Positions 19,446 to 27,582 of a stretch of 64,000 nt of DNA are shown here, piece by piece. The notes below the pieces were generated by a model. It was not told the origin of the DNA, did not search any database, and worked only from the letters and a program-made list of their open reading frames with translations. Each line of letters opens with the position of its first letter. Positions within the stretch are counted from its first letter, which is position 1. This stretch comes from Acidobacteriota bacterium (GTDB lineage Bacteria > Acidobacteriota > Vicinamibacteria > Vicinamibacterales > UBA2999): NCBI GenBank assembly GCA_052389315.1, contig JBQTIE010000051.1, positions 2,793-66,792 on the forward strand. The letters run 5' to 3'. The position numbers and the translations under genes were made by a program.

Positions 19446-20483
19446 GTGTTCTTTCGCGGTCAGACCATCGGCAAGTATCGCATCATCGCCCCGCTGGGCA
19501 GCGGCGGCTTCGGGACCGTCTACCTCGCGGAGGACACCTGGATCGACAAGAAGGTCGCGCTCAAGGTTCCGCATCGTCAGAACCTCGATTTCTCCGAGCT
19601 CGTTCGCGAGCCTCGGCTGCTTGCGGCCCTCAATCACCCCAACGTCGTCGCGTTGCTCACGGCGGAAAAGCAGGACCAGGTGTTCTTCATCGTGATGGAG
19701 TACGTCGCCGGAGACACGCTGGAGCAGATCATCGAGCGTGAAGGGGCGTTGGACCTTCCGAGGGCCCTGGACTACACGTGTCAGATCTGCAACGCCATGG
19801 ATCACGCCCATCGCCAGGGAGTCATCCATCGAGACCTGCGGCCCGGAAACGTCCTGGTGACGGAACAAGGGATGGTCAAGGTCGCCGACTTCGGCACGTC
19901 ACGGTTTCTCGAGATTGCCGCTCATGGCACGACCGTGATCGGCAGTCCGCCCTATATGGCTCCCGAGCAGTTCCAGGGCAAGGCGGTCTTTGCCTCGGAC
20001 ATCTATTCACTGGGCGTCACGATGTATCAGATGTTGACCGGGTCCCTGCCCTACCACACTCCAGGACCGGGTGACATCGACCGATTACTTAGAGGAGAGC
20101 TGACGGCGCCGCCCAGGACGAAGAACGCCAAGATTCCGATCGGGATCAACGCCATCGTGATGAAGGCGATGGCGCCTGAGGTGAGCGCGCGCTACCAGCG
20201 AGCGGGCGACGTGATGGAGGCGGTGCTGGCGGCGCGGGTGCGTCAACCGGCCGTCGCCAGAGGAGGCGAGTCGGCGGCCGGAGACGCCGCGGCGCCGCGG
20301 CGAGCGGGTCGTCCGGCTCCGCTGGAGGGCACCAACGCAGACGAGGCGCGGGAGGACATTCAGGCGCGGTTGAAGGCGCGGGCCGCTCCGATGGCGCGGT
20401 TTTGCTGGCACTGCCGCAAGCCGCTGCATGCGCGAACCGACCGGTGCCCCTTTTGTGGCGAGGAGCAGTCAGCCAGCCGGTGA
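19446..20483 (+). CDS. Ser/Thr protein kinase with a C-terminal zinc-ribbon
   Basis: Gly-loop LGSGGFGTVYLA, VALKV, catalytic loop HRDLRPGNVLV, DFG (VADFGTS) and APE (MAPEQ). C-terminus CWHCRKPLHARTDRCPFCG. Start at GTG 19446. Confidence 0.88.
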   Translation: MFFRGQTIGKYRIIAPLGSGGFGTVYLAEDTWIDKKVALKVPHRQNLDFSELVREPRLLAALNHPNVVALLTAEKQDQVFFIVMEYVAGDTLEQIIEREGALDLPRALDYTCQICNAMDHAHRQGVIHRDLRPGNVLVTEQGMVKVADFGTSRFLEIAAHGTTVIGSPPYMAPEQFQGKAVFASDIYSLGVTMYQMLTGSLPYHTPGPGDIDRLLRGELTAPPRTKNAKIPIGINAIVMKAMAPEVSARYQRAGDVMEAVLAARVRQPAVARGGESAAGDAAAPRRAGRPAPLEGTNADEAREDIQARLKARAAPMARFCWHCRKPLHARTDRCPFCGEEQSASR

Positions 20484-20623
20484 GCAGCCGCCTGTGAAGG
20501 CGCCGAACGGAAGAGGAGGGCGGGGGCACGAGCCTGGATCCGGGATAATCGAGGCAGCTCGCGTGAGGTTGGCACGCTAAACGCCCGCGGGCCGCGCACC
20601 CTCATGCAAAGGCGGAGTGGCAG

Positions 20624-21574
20624 ATGGCATTCGCTGAGACCGGCAAGATCTGGATGAACGGGAAGCTCGTGGACTGGAAAGACGCCACGGTCCACATCGC
20701 CTCCCACGTCATCCACTATGGTTCGGGGGTCTTCGAAGGGATCCGCGCGTACGACTCGACGGACGGCCCGCGCGTCTTCCGCCTGGGCGAACACATGCGC
20801 CGCCTCTACGACTCGTGCCGGGTGTATCGGATGGAGTGTCCCTACGACCTGGACACGCTGTCTGCCGCGGTACTCGACACGATCCGGGCCAACGGCTACC
20901 GCTCCTGCTATATTCGCCCGCTCGTCTACCGCGGCTACGCCCAGCTCGGCGTCAACCCGATGCCTTGCCCGGTGGACACCGCGATTCTCGTGTGGGAGTG
21001 GGACGCGCTTCTTGGTGATGATGCGCTGAATCGCGGCATCGACGTCGGTGTCAGTTCTTGGACGCGCCTGGCGCCCAACACGCTGCCCGCGCTGGCCAAA
21101 GCCACGGCCAACTATGCCAATTCCGCCTTGATCAAGATGCAGGCGACTCTCGACGGCTATGCGGAGGGGATCGCCCTCGACGAATCCGGCCTGCTCAGCG
21201 AGGGCAGCGGCCAGAATCTCTTTCTCGTGCACGACGGGACGGTCTACACCCCGTCGCTGACCTCGTCGATCCTGCAGGGCATTACTCGCGACACGGTGCT
21301 GTCGCTGACGCGCGATCTCGGCCTCGAGCTTCGAGAGCAACCGCTTCCGCGCGAGTTCCTGTACCTGGCCCACGAAGCCTTCTTCTGTGGCACGGCCGCG
21401 GAGATCACTCCAATCCGGTCGATTGACAAGATTCCCGTCGGCACCGGAGGGCGGGGCCCGATCACCGCCGCGCTTCAGGAGCGTTTCTTCGGCATCCTTC
21501 GTGGCGACCATCCGGACACGCATCGGTGGTTGACGCCTGTCCGCGCCACGGTGGGCGCGGCCGAGACATCGTGA
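20624..21574 (+). CDS. ilvE: branched-chain amino acid aminotransferase
   Basis: KIWMNGKLVDWKDATVHIASHVIHYGSGVFEGIRAY...VFRLGEHMRRLYDS...YIRPLVYRG is collinear with enterobacterial IlvE. Confidence 0.9.
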   Translation: MAFAETGKIWMNGKLVDWKDATVHIASHVIHYGSGVFEGIRAYDSTDGPRVFRLGEHMRRLYDSCRVYRMECPYDLDTLSAAVLDTIRANGYRSCYIRPLVYRGYAQLGVNPMPCPVDTAILVWEWDALLGDDALNRGIDVGVSSWTRLAPNTLPALAKATANYANSALIKMQATLDGYAEGIALDESGLLSEGSGQNLFLVHDGTVYTPSLTSSILQGITRDTVLSLTRDLGLELREQPLPREFLYLAHEAFFCGTAAEITPIRSIDKIPVGTGGRGPITAALQERFFGILRGDHPDTHRWLTPVRATVGAAETS

Positions 21575-21720
21575 ATCCTAGAATGATGACTGCTTCGACG
21601 CGCGCTGTCGGCTGCCCGTTCAGGATGTCTCGCACTGCCGAGTCTCGCGCCACGGCATTGCCGCTCAAAACGCAGCCTCGTGGTCTTTTCCAAGTCACCT
21701 GACGGGGAGTCTCACGAATC

Positions 21721-22899
21721 GTGAACATCAACCAGTTGCTCACCCTCGGCGTCTCCCACGGCGCATCCGACGTCCACCTCAAGGTCGGGTGCTTGGCCGT
21801 GGCCCGCATTCACGGCAACCTGCTGCCGATCACCGAGCACAAGCTCTCTCGCGAGGACCTCGCCGAAATGGTCGCCACGGTGATGCCGGAGGCATACCTG
21901 GCGAAATTCCGCGAGGCGCACGAGATAGATTTTTCCTACAGCGTTCCCGGGCTGGGCCGATTCCGCTGCAACGTATTCCAGCAGCGCGGAACCATCGGGA
22001 TGGTCCTCCGCGTCATCCCCATGGACGTGTTGAGCCTGGACGAACTCGGGCTGCCGCCCATTCTCAAGAAGATCGCCATGGAGCAGCGGGGCCTGGTCCT
22101 CGTCACGGGCACCACGGGCAGCGGCAAGACGACGACGCTCGCGTCGATGGTCGATCACATCAACCGCAACCGAGCGGCGAACATCATCACCATCGAAGAC
22201 CCGTTGGAGTATTTGCACCGGGACAACCGGTCGATCGTCAACCAGCGAGAGATCGGCGTCGACACCAGGTCGTTCTCCCAGGCCCTGCGCAGCTCCCTGC
22301 GGCAGGACCCCGACGTCATCCTGGTGGGCGAAATGCGCGACATGGAGACTATCGAGACCGCGCTCCACGCCGCCGAAACCGGGCACCTGGTGTTCTCGAC
22401 GCTGCACACCCTGGATGCGACCGAGACGATCAACCGCGTCATCTCCATCTTCCCGCCGCACCAGCAGAAACAGGTGCGTCTCCAGCTGGCATCGGTGCTC
22501 AGGGCGACCGTAGCCCAGCGCCTGATGCCCAACGCGTCGCGGACCGGGCGCGTCCCGGCGACCGAGGTGCTGATCAGCACGGCCTTCATCAGGGACTGCA
22601 TCGTCGATCGCGACCGAACCCATCTGATTCAGGGCGCCATCTCGCAGGGCACGTCTCAGTACGGCATGCAGACCTTCGATCAATCGATCTACAGCCTGTA
22701 CACTCGCCAGATCGTGACCTTCGAGGAAGCGCTGCGTTGGGTGACCAACGTGGACGAGTTCAAGCTCAGGGTTGAGGGTGTGACGACGACCCAGGACGAG
22801 TCGCGCGAGCAGATGGCCAGCGTTGTCTTCGGCGGGCCGTCCAAACCTCCGGCCACCGCGCCGCCGCTCAAGCCCGGGACCCGTCGCTACGGCCCCTAG
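21721..22899 (+). CDS. pilT: type IV pilus retraction ATPase PilT family
   Basis: GASDVHLKVG, Walker A GTTGSGKTTTLASM, Walker B DVILVGEMRD, His box TGHLVFSTLHT. GTG start with GGGGAG 9 nt upstream. There are roughly 45 extra C-terminal residues. Confidence 0.85.
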   Translation: MNINQLLTLGVSHGASDVHLKVGCLAVARIHGNLLPITEHKLSREDLAEMVATVMPEAYLAKFREAHEIDFSYSVPGLGRFRCNVFQQRGTIGMVLRVIPMDVLSLDELGLPPILKKIAMEQRGLVLVTGTTGSGKTTTLASMVDHINRNRAANIITIEDPLEYLHRDNRSIVNQREIGVDTRSFSQALRSSLRQDPDVILVGEMRDMETIETALHAAETGHLVFSTLHTLDATETINRVISIFPPHQQKQVRLQLASVLRATVAQRLMPNASRTGRVPATEVLISTAFIRDCIVDRDRTHLIQGAISQGTSQYGMQTFDQSIYSLYTRQIVTFEEALRWVTNVDEFKLRVEGVTTTQDESREQMASVVFGGPSKPPATAPPLKPGTRRYGP

Positions 22900-22931
22900 A
22901 CGCGGCGGCGGCACGGCGAGCGGGCCTCGTC

Positions 22932-23399
22932 ATGGATGCCTATTCAACCGCCCTCACGCTCATGGGGCGCCGTGAGCTCTCCACCGCCCAGCTTCGCGAT
23001 CGGCTCGCGCGCCGCCGGTTCCCGCCTCAGGTCATCGCGGACGTCGTACGACGGCTGACCGAGGCCGGTGTGCTGGACGATCGGCGGGTCGCTCTTGCCG
23101 CGGCCCGGCGTGAAATCCTGGTGAAGCGCCGCGGGCGACGCCGCGTCATCCAACAGCTCCTGCATCAGGGACTGAGCGCCCAGGACGCGGCCGCCGCGAT
23201 GGACGAGCTGTACGCCGAACTCGACGAGGACACCCTGCTCGATCAGGCCCTGCACAGGCGCCTGCGTGGTGTCGATCTCGCCACGCTCGATACGCACGCC
23301 GTCGCCCGCCTGACGCGGGCACTCGTCGCACAGGGCTTCGACCGCGGACAGGTGTACGCGCGGCTCCGTCGCCATGACTCGCCAGGCGAGGAGTCATAA
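22932..23399 (+). CDS. recX: recombination regulator RecX
   Basis: 155 aa. ALTLMGRRELSTAQLRDRLARRRFPPQVIADVVRRLTEAGVLDDRR plus further three-helix repeats. Located directly upstream of alaS. Confidence 0.8.
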   Translation: MDAYSTALTLMGRRELSTAQLRDRLARRRFPPQVIADVVRRLTEAGVLDDRRVALAAARREILVKRRGRRRVIQQLLHQGLSAQDAAAAMDELYAELDEDTLLDQALHRRLRGVDLATLDTHAVARLTRALVAQGFDRGQVYARLRRHDSPGEES

Positions 23400-23406
23400 T
23401 AGGGAC

Positions 23407-26091
23407 GTGCACCCGAACGAGATCCGCGCCTCCTTCCTCCACTACTTCGAGCGACACGGCCACCGCATCGTACCCAGCGCGTCGTTGGTGCCCGGTGACG
23501 ATCCCACCTTGCTGTTCACCAACGCCGGCATGAACCAGTTCAAGGACGTTTTCCTGGGACGCGAGACTCGAGAGTACGCGCGCGCGGTGTCTGCCCAGAA
23601 GTGCATGAGGGTCAGCGGCAAGCACAACGACCTCGACACCGTCGGCCCGTCACTGCGCCACCATACGTTCTTCGAGATGCTCGGCAACTTCTCCTTCGGC
23701 GACTACTTCAAGGCCGACGCCATCCCGCTCGCCTGGCGCCTGCTGACCGAGGAATGGGGCCTGGATCCACGCCGCCTCGTGGCGACGGTCTTCAAGGGCG
23801 AGCAGGGGGTCCCTCGAGACGACGATGCGCACCGCGTGTGGCGTCAGTTCCTCCCGCCGGCCCAGATCGGCGAACTCGGCATGGCCGACAACTTCTGGGC
23901 TATGGGTGAGACCGGCCCGTGCGGACGCTGTTCGGAGATCTACTACGACCGCGGGGAGGGGGTGCCCGGCACCGGCGACTTCGTGACCGACGTCGCGTCC
24001 GGCTCCGGGCGCTTCGTCGAGATCTGGAACAACGTCTTCATGGAGTTCGAGCGACAGGCCGATGGTTCCTTGCGCGACCTGCCGGCGCGGTCGATCGACA
24101 CCGGCATGGGACTGGAGCGAATGGCGGCCGTGCTGGCGGGCACGACATCGACCTACGACACGGAGCTGTTTGCCCCCATTTTTCGGGCGCTCGGGGCGCT
24201 CTGCGCACGTGCGCACCGCGGCACGATGGACGCCGCCGACGTGTCGATGCGGGTGGTCGCCGACCACCTCCGCGCGATGGTCTTTCTCATTGCCGATGGC
24301 GTCGTGCCGTCCAACGAATGGCGCGGCTACGTCCTGCGAAAGATCATGCGCCGCGCCATGCGGCACGGTCGCAAGCTGCACCTCACGGAGCCATTTCTCC
24401 ACTCCCTGGTTCACGGGCTCGTCGCCGAGATGGCGCCCGCCTATCCGGAGCTGCCCGCGCAACAGGAGCACATCGTCCAGACGATCAAGGCCGAGGAAGA
24501 CCGGTTTGGCGTGGTGCTCGCCGAGGGGCTGCCGCGCCTCGAGCACGTGTTGGACCAGGCGGCTGCCGGCCCCCGCGTCGTCCCAGGAGATCAGGCTTTC
24601 AAGCTGTACGACACCTACGGACTGCCGCGAGACTTCATCGAGGATCTGGCCGAAGTACACGGATTGGCGTTCGATGCCGAGGGATTCGACCGGGCCATGC
24701 AGGAACAGCGTCGGCGCGCCCGTGCCAAGAGCGGGTTCGGCGCCGTGCCATCCGCCGCGTGGCGGACAAGGCCTGAGGCCGCGGAGATGCTCCGCACGCC
24801 TGATGATTTTCGCGGATACGACTCGACCAGCGTCGCCACGACGGTCATCGAGCTGCTGCGGGACAAAGACGAGGAGCGCCAACCCGCCGACCAGCTGCAG
24901 GCCGGCGAGACCGGGTTCGTCGCGCTCGCCGAAACGCCGTTCTATCTCGAAGCGGGCGGCCAGGTGTCGGACGTCGGTGAGATCGAGGCCGAGCGCGGCA
25001 GCGCCCTGGTGACCGCCGTGATCAAGGGTCCCTCGGCTCGGCGATTCCATCGCGTGGAGGTCACCCGAGGGACGCTTCGATACCGTGACGAGGTGACTGC
25101 GCGGGTAGACGAGGCCGCACGAGCTGCGACTCGGCGCAATCACACGGCCACGCACTTGCTTCACGCGGCGCTGCGCCACGTGCTCGGGCCGCACGTCAAA
25201 CAAGCCGGATCGCTTGTCGCGGCCGATCGGCTGCGATTCGACTTCGCCCACCCCGCCGCGCTCTCTTCGGCACAGCGGGCCATGGTGGAGGCCCTCGTCA
25301 ACGAGCACATCGTGGCGAATAGCCCGGTCGAGACGGCCATTCGCTCGACGTCGGAGGCCATCGCCTCCGGAGCGATAGCCCTGTTCGGCGAGAAATACGG
25401 CGACCGGGTCCGTGTCGTCTCGGTTCCCGGCGTCAGCGTCGAGCTGTGCGGAGGGACCCACGTCAGCGCGACGGGCGCCATCGGCGCCTTCTTCCTCATC
25501 GAGGAGGGCGGCGTCTCGGCTGGTGTACGACGCATCGAGGCGCTGACGGGCCTCGGAGCGCACGCCTATGCACGCGAGCGTCTCTCGATCCTGGACGAGG
25601 CGATGAGGATCCTCAATGTCGGACCGGCGGCCGTGGTCCACGCCATCAACGAACACCTCGGCGTCGAAGCGAAACTGCGGAAGGAGATCCAGCAGTCCAA
25701 GGCCCGCCTCGCCCTCGCGGGCGACGCGCCGGCCGAGGAGGAGCGCGTCGTCGTGGGGGGCGCCGCGCTGGTGGCTCGCCGCGTCAGCGACGTGGAGCGC
25801 ACGGCCCTGCGGTCGCTGGCCGACACGTTGAAATCCCGCCTCTCCAGCGGCATCGTCGTCCTGGCGGCCGCCATGGAGGATGGGAAGGTCAGCTTGATCG
25901 TGACGGTCACGCCGGACCTGACCACGCGCGCACCTGCAGGCCAGATCGTGAAGCGGTTGGCACCTATCGTCGGCGGCGGGGGCGGGGGGCGAGCCGACTT
26001 CGCCGAGGCCGGTGGCCGGGATGCGTCGAAAATCGACGAGATGCTCAGCGCCAGCAAGAGAATCGTTCAGGAGCTAATGGATGGTGGCTGA
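23407..26091 (+). CDS. alaS: alanine--tRNA ligase
   Basis: EIRASFLHYFERHGHRIVPSASLVP..DPTLLFTNAGMNQFK, FFEMLGNFSFGDYFK, the editing-domain HTATHLL and CGGTHV motifs, and a C-terminal DHHA1 region. GTG 23407 is preferred; ATG 23374 overlaps recX. Confidence 0.95.
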   Translation: MHPNEIRASFLHYFERHGHRIVPSASLVPGDDPTLLFTNAGMNQFKDVFLGRETREYARAVSAQKCMRVSGKHNDLDTVGPSLRHHTFFEMLGNFSFGDYFKADAIPLAWRLLTEEWGLDPRRLVATVFKGEQGVPRDDDAHRVWRQFLPPAQIGELGMADNFWAMGETGPCGRCSEIYYDRGEGVPGTGDFVTDVASGSGRFVEIWNNVFMEFERQADGSLRDLPARSIDTGMGLERMAAVLAGTTSTYDTELFAPIFRALGALCARAHRGTMDAADVSMRVVADHLRAMVFLIADGVVPSNEWRGYVLRKIMRRAMRHGRKLHLTEPFLHSLVHGLVAEMAPAYPELPAQQEHIVQTIKAEEDRFGVVLAEGLPRLEHVLDQAAAGPRVVPGDQAFKLYDTYGLPRDFIEDLAEVHGLAFDAEGFDRAMQEQRRRARAKSGFGAVPSAAWRTRPEAAEMLRTPDDFRGYDSTSVATTVIELLRDKDEERQPADQLQAGETGFVALAETPFYLEAGGQVSDVGEIEAERGSALVTAVIKGPSARRFHRVEVTRGTLRYRDEVTARVDEAARAATRRNHTATHLLHAALRHVLGPHVKQAGSLVAADRLRFDFAHPAALSSAQRAMVEALVNEHIVANSPVETAIRSTSEAIASGAIALFGEKYGDRVRVVSVPGVSVELCGGTHVSATGAIGAFFLIEEGGVSAGVRRIEALTGLGAHAYARERLSILDEAMRILNVGPAAVVHAINEHLGVEAKLRKEIQQSKARLALAGDAPAEEERVVVGGAALVARRVSDVERTALRSLADTLKSRLSSGIVVLAAAMEDGKVSLIVTVTPDLTTRAPAGQIVKRLAPIVGGGGGGRADFAEAGGRDASKIDEMLSASKRIVQELMDGG

Positions 26092-26117
26092 GCGGCCGAT
26101 AACCGGCGCGAACGTGT

Positions 26118-26849
26118 GTGGGGTCCCCCGCCGCACACGGCGCCACAGCCACCTTGTCCATTCTCGCGGCCGTACTCCTCGTCCTGATCGTCCTGCCCGC
26201 GCCCGCGGCGGCACAGATCTATTCCTGGCGTGACGGGTCGGGCCGGCTCGTCGTGTCGAACCTGCCGAAGGTCGAGAGTGCGGGGGTCGTGACCTACCCC
26301 GCGGGCGGACCAGGTCTCATCCGGACGACGGTCGAACCCCCGCGGGGGCCCGCCGTCGAGCGCTACAACGACTTGATTCAGCACCACGCTCGCGCGTTTG
26401 GCGTCTCGCCCGACCTCGTGCGCGCGGTGATTCAGGCAGAGTCGGCCTTCAACCCCCTCGCGGTGTCGCCCAAGGGCGCGATGGGGTTGATGCAGTTGAT
26501 GCCCGCGACGGCCCAGGAGCTCGGCGTCCGCGACCCCTTCCACCCGCCCGAGAACATCCGCGGGGGCGTCACCTATCTGGCGCGTCTGCTGACCCGCTAC
26601 AACCAGAACGTCGAGTTGGCATTGGCCGCCTACAACGCCGGCCCGGCCAGTGTCGAACGCTACGGCACCGTCCCGCCCTATCGAGAAACACAAGCCTATG
26701 TGCGGAAGATCACGCAGGTCACGCGTAGCGCCCCGCCGACGGTGCCTGGCATCTACAAGTGGCGGGAGGAGCGAGACGGGAAGATAGTCGTCCGCTACTC
26801 CAACCTGCCTCCGCCGAGCGGGTCCTTCGAGATCGTTGGCCGGCGCTGA
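26118..26849 (+). CDS. lytic transglycosylase (SLT domain) with an N-terminal DUF4124-like segment
   Basis: Signal/TM segment, then IYSWRDGSGRLVVSN, then the SLT catalytic block VIQAESAFNPLAVSPKGAMGLMQLMPATA and AAYNAGP. Confidence 0.85.
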   Translation: MGSPAAHGATATLSILAAVLLVLIVLPAPAAAQIYSWRDGSGRLVVSNLPKVESAGVVTYPAGGPGLIRTTVEPPRGPAVERYNDLIQHHARAFGVSPDLVRAVIQAESAFNPLAVSPKGAMGLMQLMPATAQELGVRDPFHPPENIRGGVTYLARLLTRYNQNVELALAAYNAGPASVERYGTVPPYRETQAYVRKITQVTRSAPPTVPGIYKWREERDGKIVVRYSNLPPPSGSFEIVGRR

Positions 26850-26884
26850 CCGCGGGGGCGACCGCCGTCGACGCGTGGCCGACG

Positions 26885-26893
26885 TGCTATCAT
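26885..26893 (+). promoter_or_regulatory. extended -10 element TGcTATCAT upstream of rpsT
   Basis: TGCTATCAT lies 36 nt upstream of the rpsT GTG. AGAGGA Shine-Dalgarno sequence about 8 nt before the start. Confidence 0.45.
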
Positions 26894-26928
26894 TGGAGTT
26901 TCCGACTTTCCCGAATTAGAGGACTCTT

Positions 26929-27189
26929 GTGGCAAAGCGAAACAAGTCGGCGCTCAAAGCGCATCGACAGAACATCAAGCGGCGGGCCGCGAACCGGCGG
27001 CTGCGCTCCACCCTTCGCTCACGTCTGAAGGGGCTGCGACAGGCCGTGGACGGCGCGGACAAGGGCGCCGGAGGGACGGCGGCCGGCGACGCGCAGTCGC
27101 TGGTCGACCGCATGGTCGCCAAGGGCATCATTCACCGCAACACCGCCGCGCGCTACAAGTCCCGCCTTTCGGCTCGGCTGTCCAAATAA
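26929..27189 (+). CDS. rpsT: 30S ribosomal protein S20
   Basis: (M)AKRNKSALKAHRQNIKRRAANRRLRSTLRSRLK. 86 aa, basic. Confidence 0.92.
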   Translation: MAKRNKSALKAHRQNIKRRAANRRLRSTLRSRLKGLRQAVDGADKGAGGTAAGDAQSLVDRMVAKGIIHRNTAARYKSRLSARLSK

Positions 27190-27223
27190 CACGCTCCGGG
27201 CAACCGTCGGCTGGTGGCCTGCG

Positions 27224-27249
27224 TCTAATTCTACATAGGTAGTGTTAGA
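27224..27249. promoter_or_regulatory. 26-bp imperfect palindrome, candidate PadR autoregulatory operator
   Basis: TCTAATTCTAC-ATAG-GTAGTGTTAGA has 9 of 11 complementary arm positions. Its right arm overlaps a TAGACT -10-like hexamer (27246..27251) that ends 6 nt before the padR ATG. Confidence 0.4.
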
Positions 27250-27257
27250 CTGTCACC

Positions 27258-27569
27258 ATGCGCCTGACCGTCCCCACCACCCTCGTCCTTCAGGCCCTCG
27301 CTCAGGGGCACCCCCACGGCTTCGACATCATGGAGGCGACCGGCCTGCCAAGCGGGACCGTCTATCCGATCCTCCGACGCCTCGACGCCGAGGGGTTGGT
27401 CCGCTCCCGCTGGGAGCGCGACGGCACGGCCCGTCTCGAGCAGCGCCCGCCTCGACGCTACTACGAATTGACCGCGAGCGGCCGCGAGGCGGCAGCGGCG
27501 GCCATCGCGCGCTACCGCGTGGCAACGCGCGTCCTCGCCGCCATGGCGACGCCTCGGTCCGGGACCTAG
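27258..27569 (+). CDS. PadR-family transcriptional regulator
   Basis: LVLQALAQGHPHGFDIMEATGLPSGTVYPILRRLDAEGLVRSRWE is the winged-helix PadR signature. Confidence 0.88.
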   Translation: MRLTVPTTLVLQALAQGHPHGFDIMEATGLPSGTVYPILRRLDAEGLVRSRWERDGTARLEQRPPRRYYELTASGREAAAAAIARYRVATRVLAAMATPRSGT

Positions 27570-27582
27570 GAGCCTGCCGTCC

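Noticed and set aside
19377-19868. N-terminal extensions offered by the ORF track. Example: rsmE starting at 19868. Likewise 3881 (PBP), 7146 (amidohydrolase), 11606 (GGDEF-EAL), 35835 (HDAC), 38229 (ETF-QO), 39827 (etfA), 43511 (fabD) and 44464 (plsX)
   Set aside because: The extensions overlap upstream genes, are compositionally non-protein-like, and precede internal starts that reproduce the canonical family N-termini, often with ATGA/GTGA coupling or a Shine-Dalgarno sequence.
20570-20584. Sigma-54-like element TGGCACgctaaacGC with correct GG-N10-GC spacing, 40 nt upstream of ilvE
   Set aside because: Only the -24 half matches well; the -12 region is ACGC rather than TTGC. No enhancer-binding protein or UAS is evident, and TGGCAC is not rare in DNA this GC-rich. 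Worth a motif scan, but not supportable as a feature.
23650-25656. 668-aa minus-strand ORF inside alaS. Similar long antisense ORFs: 3896..4978, 13947..15434, 15284..16486, 21712..22914, 36214..37659, 39987..41498, 44999..46645, 57049..58191, 59968..61869
   Set aside because: All lie opposite or out of frame to genes with strong family motifs, and all show the Arg/Pro/Gly-rich composition of GC-driven open frames.
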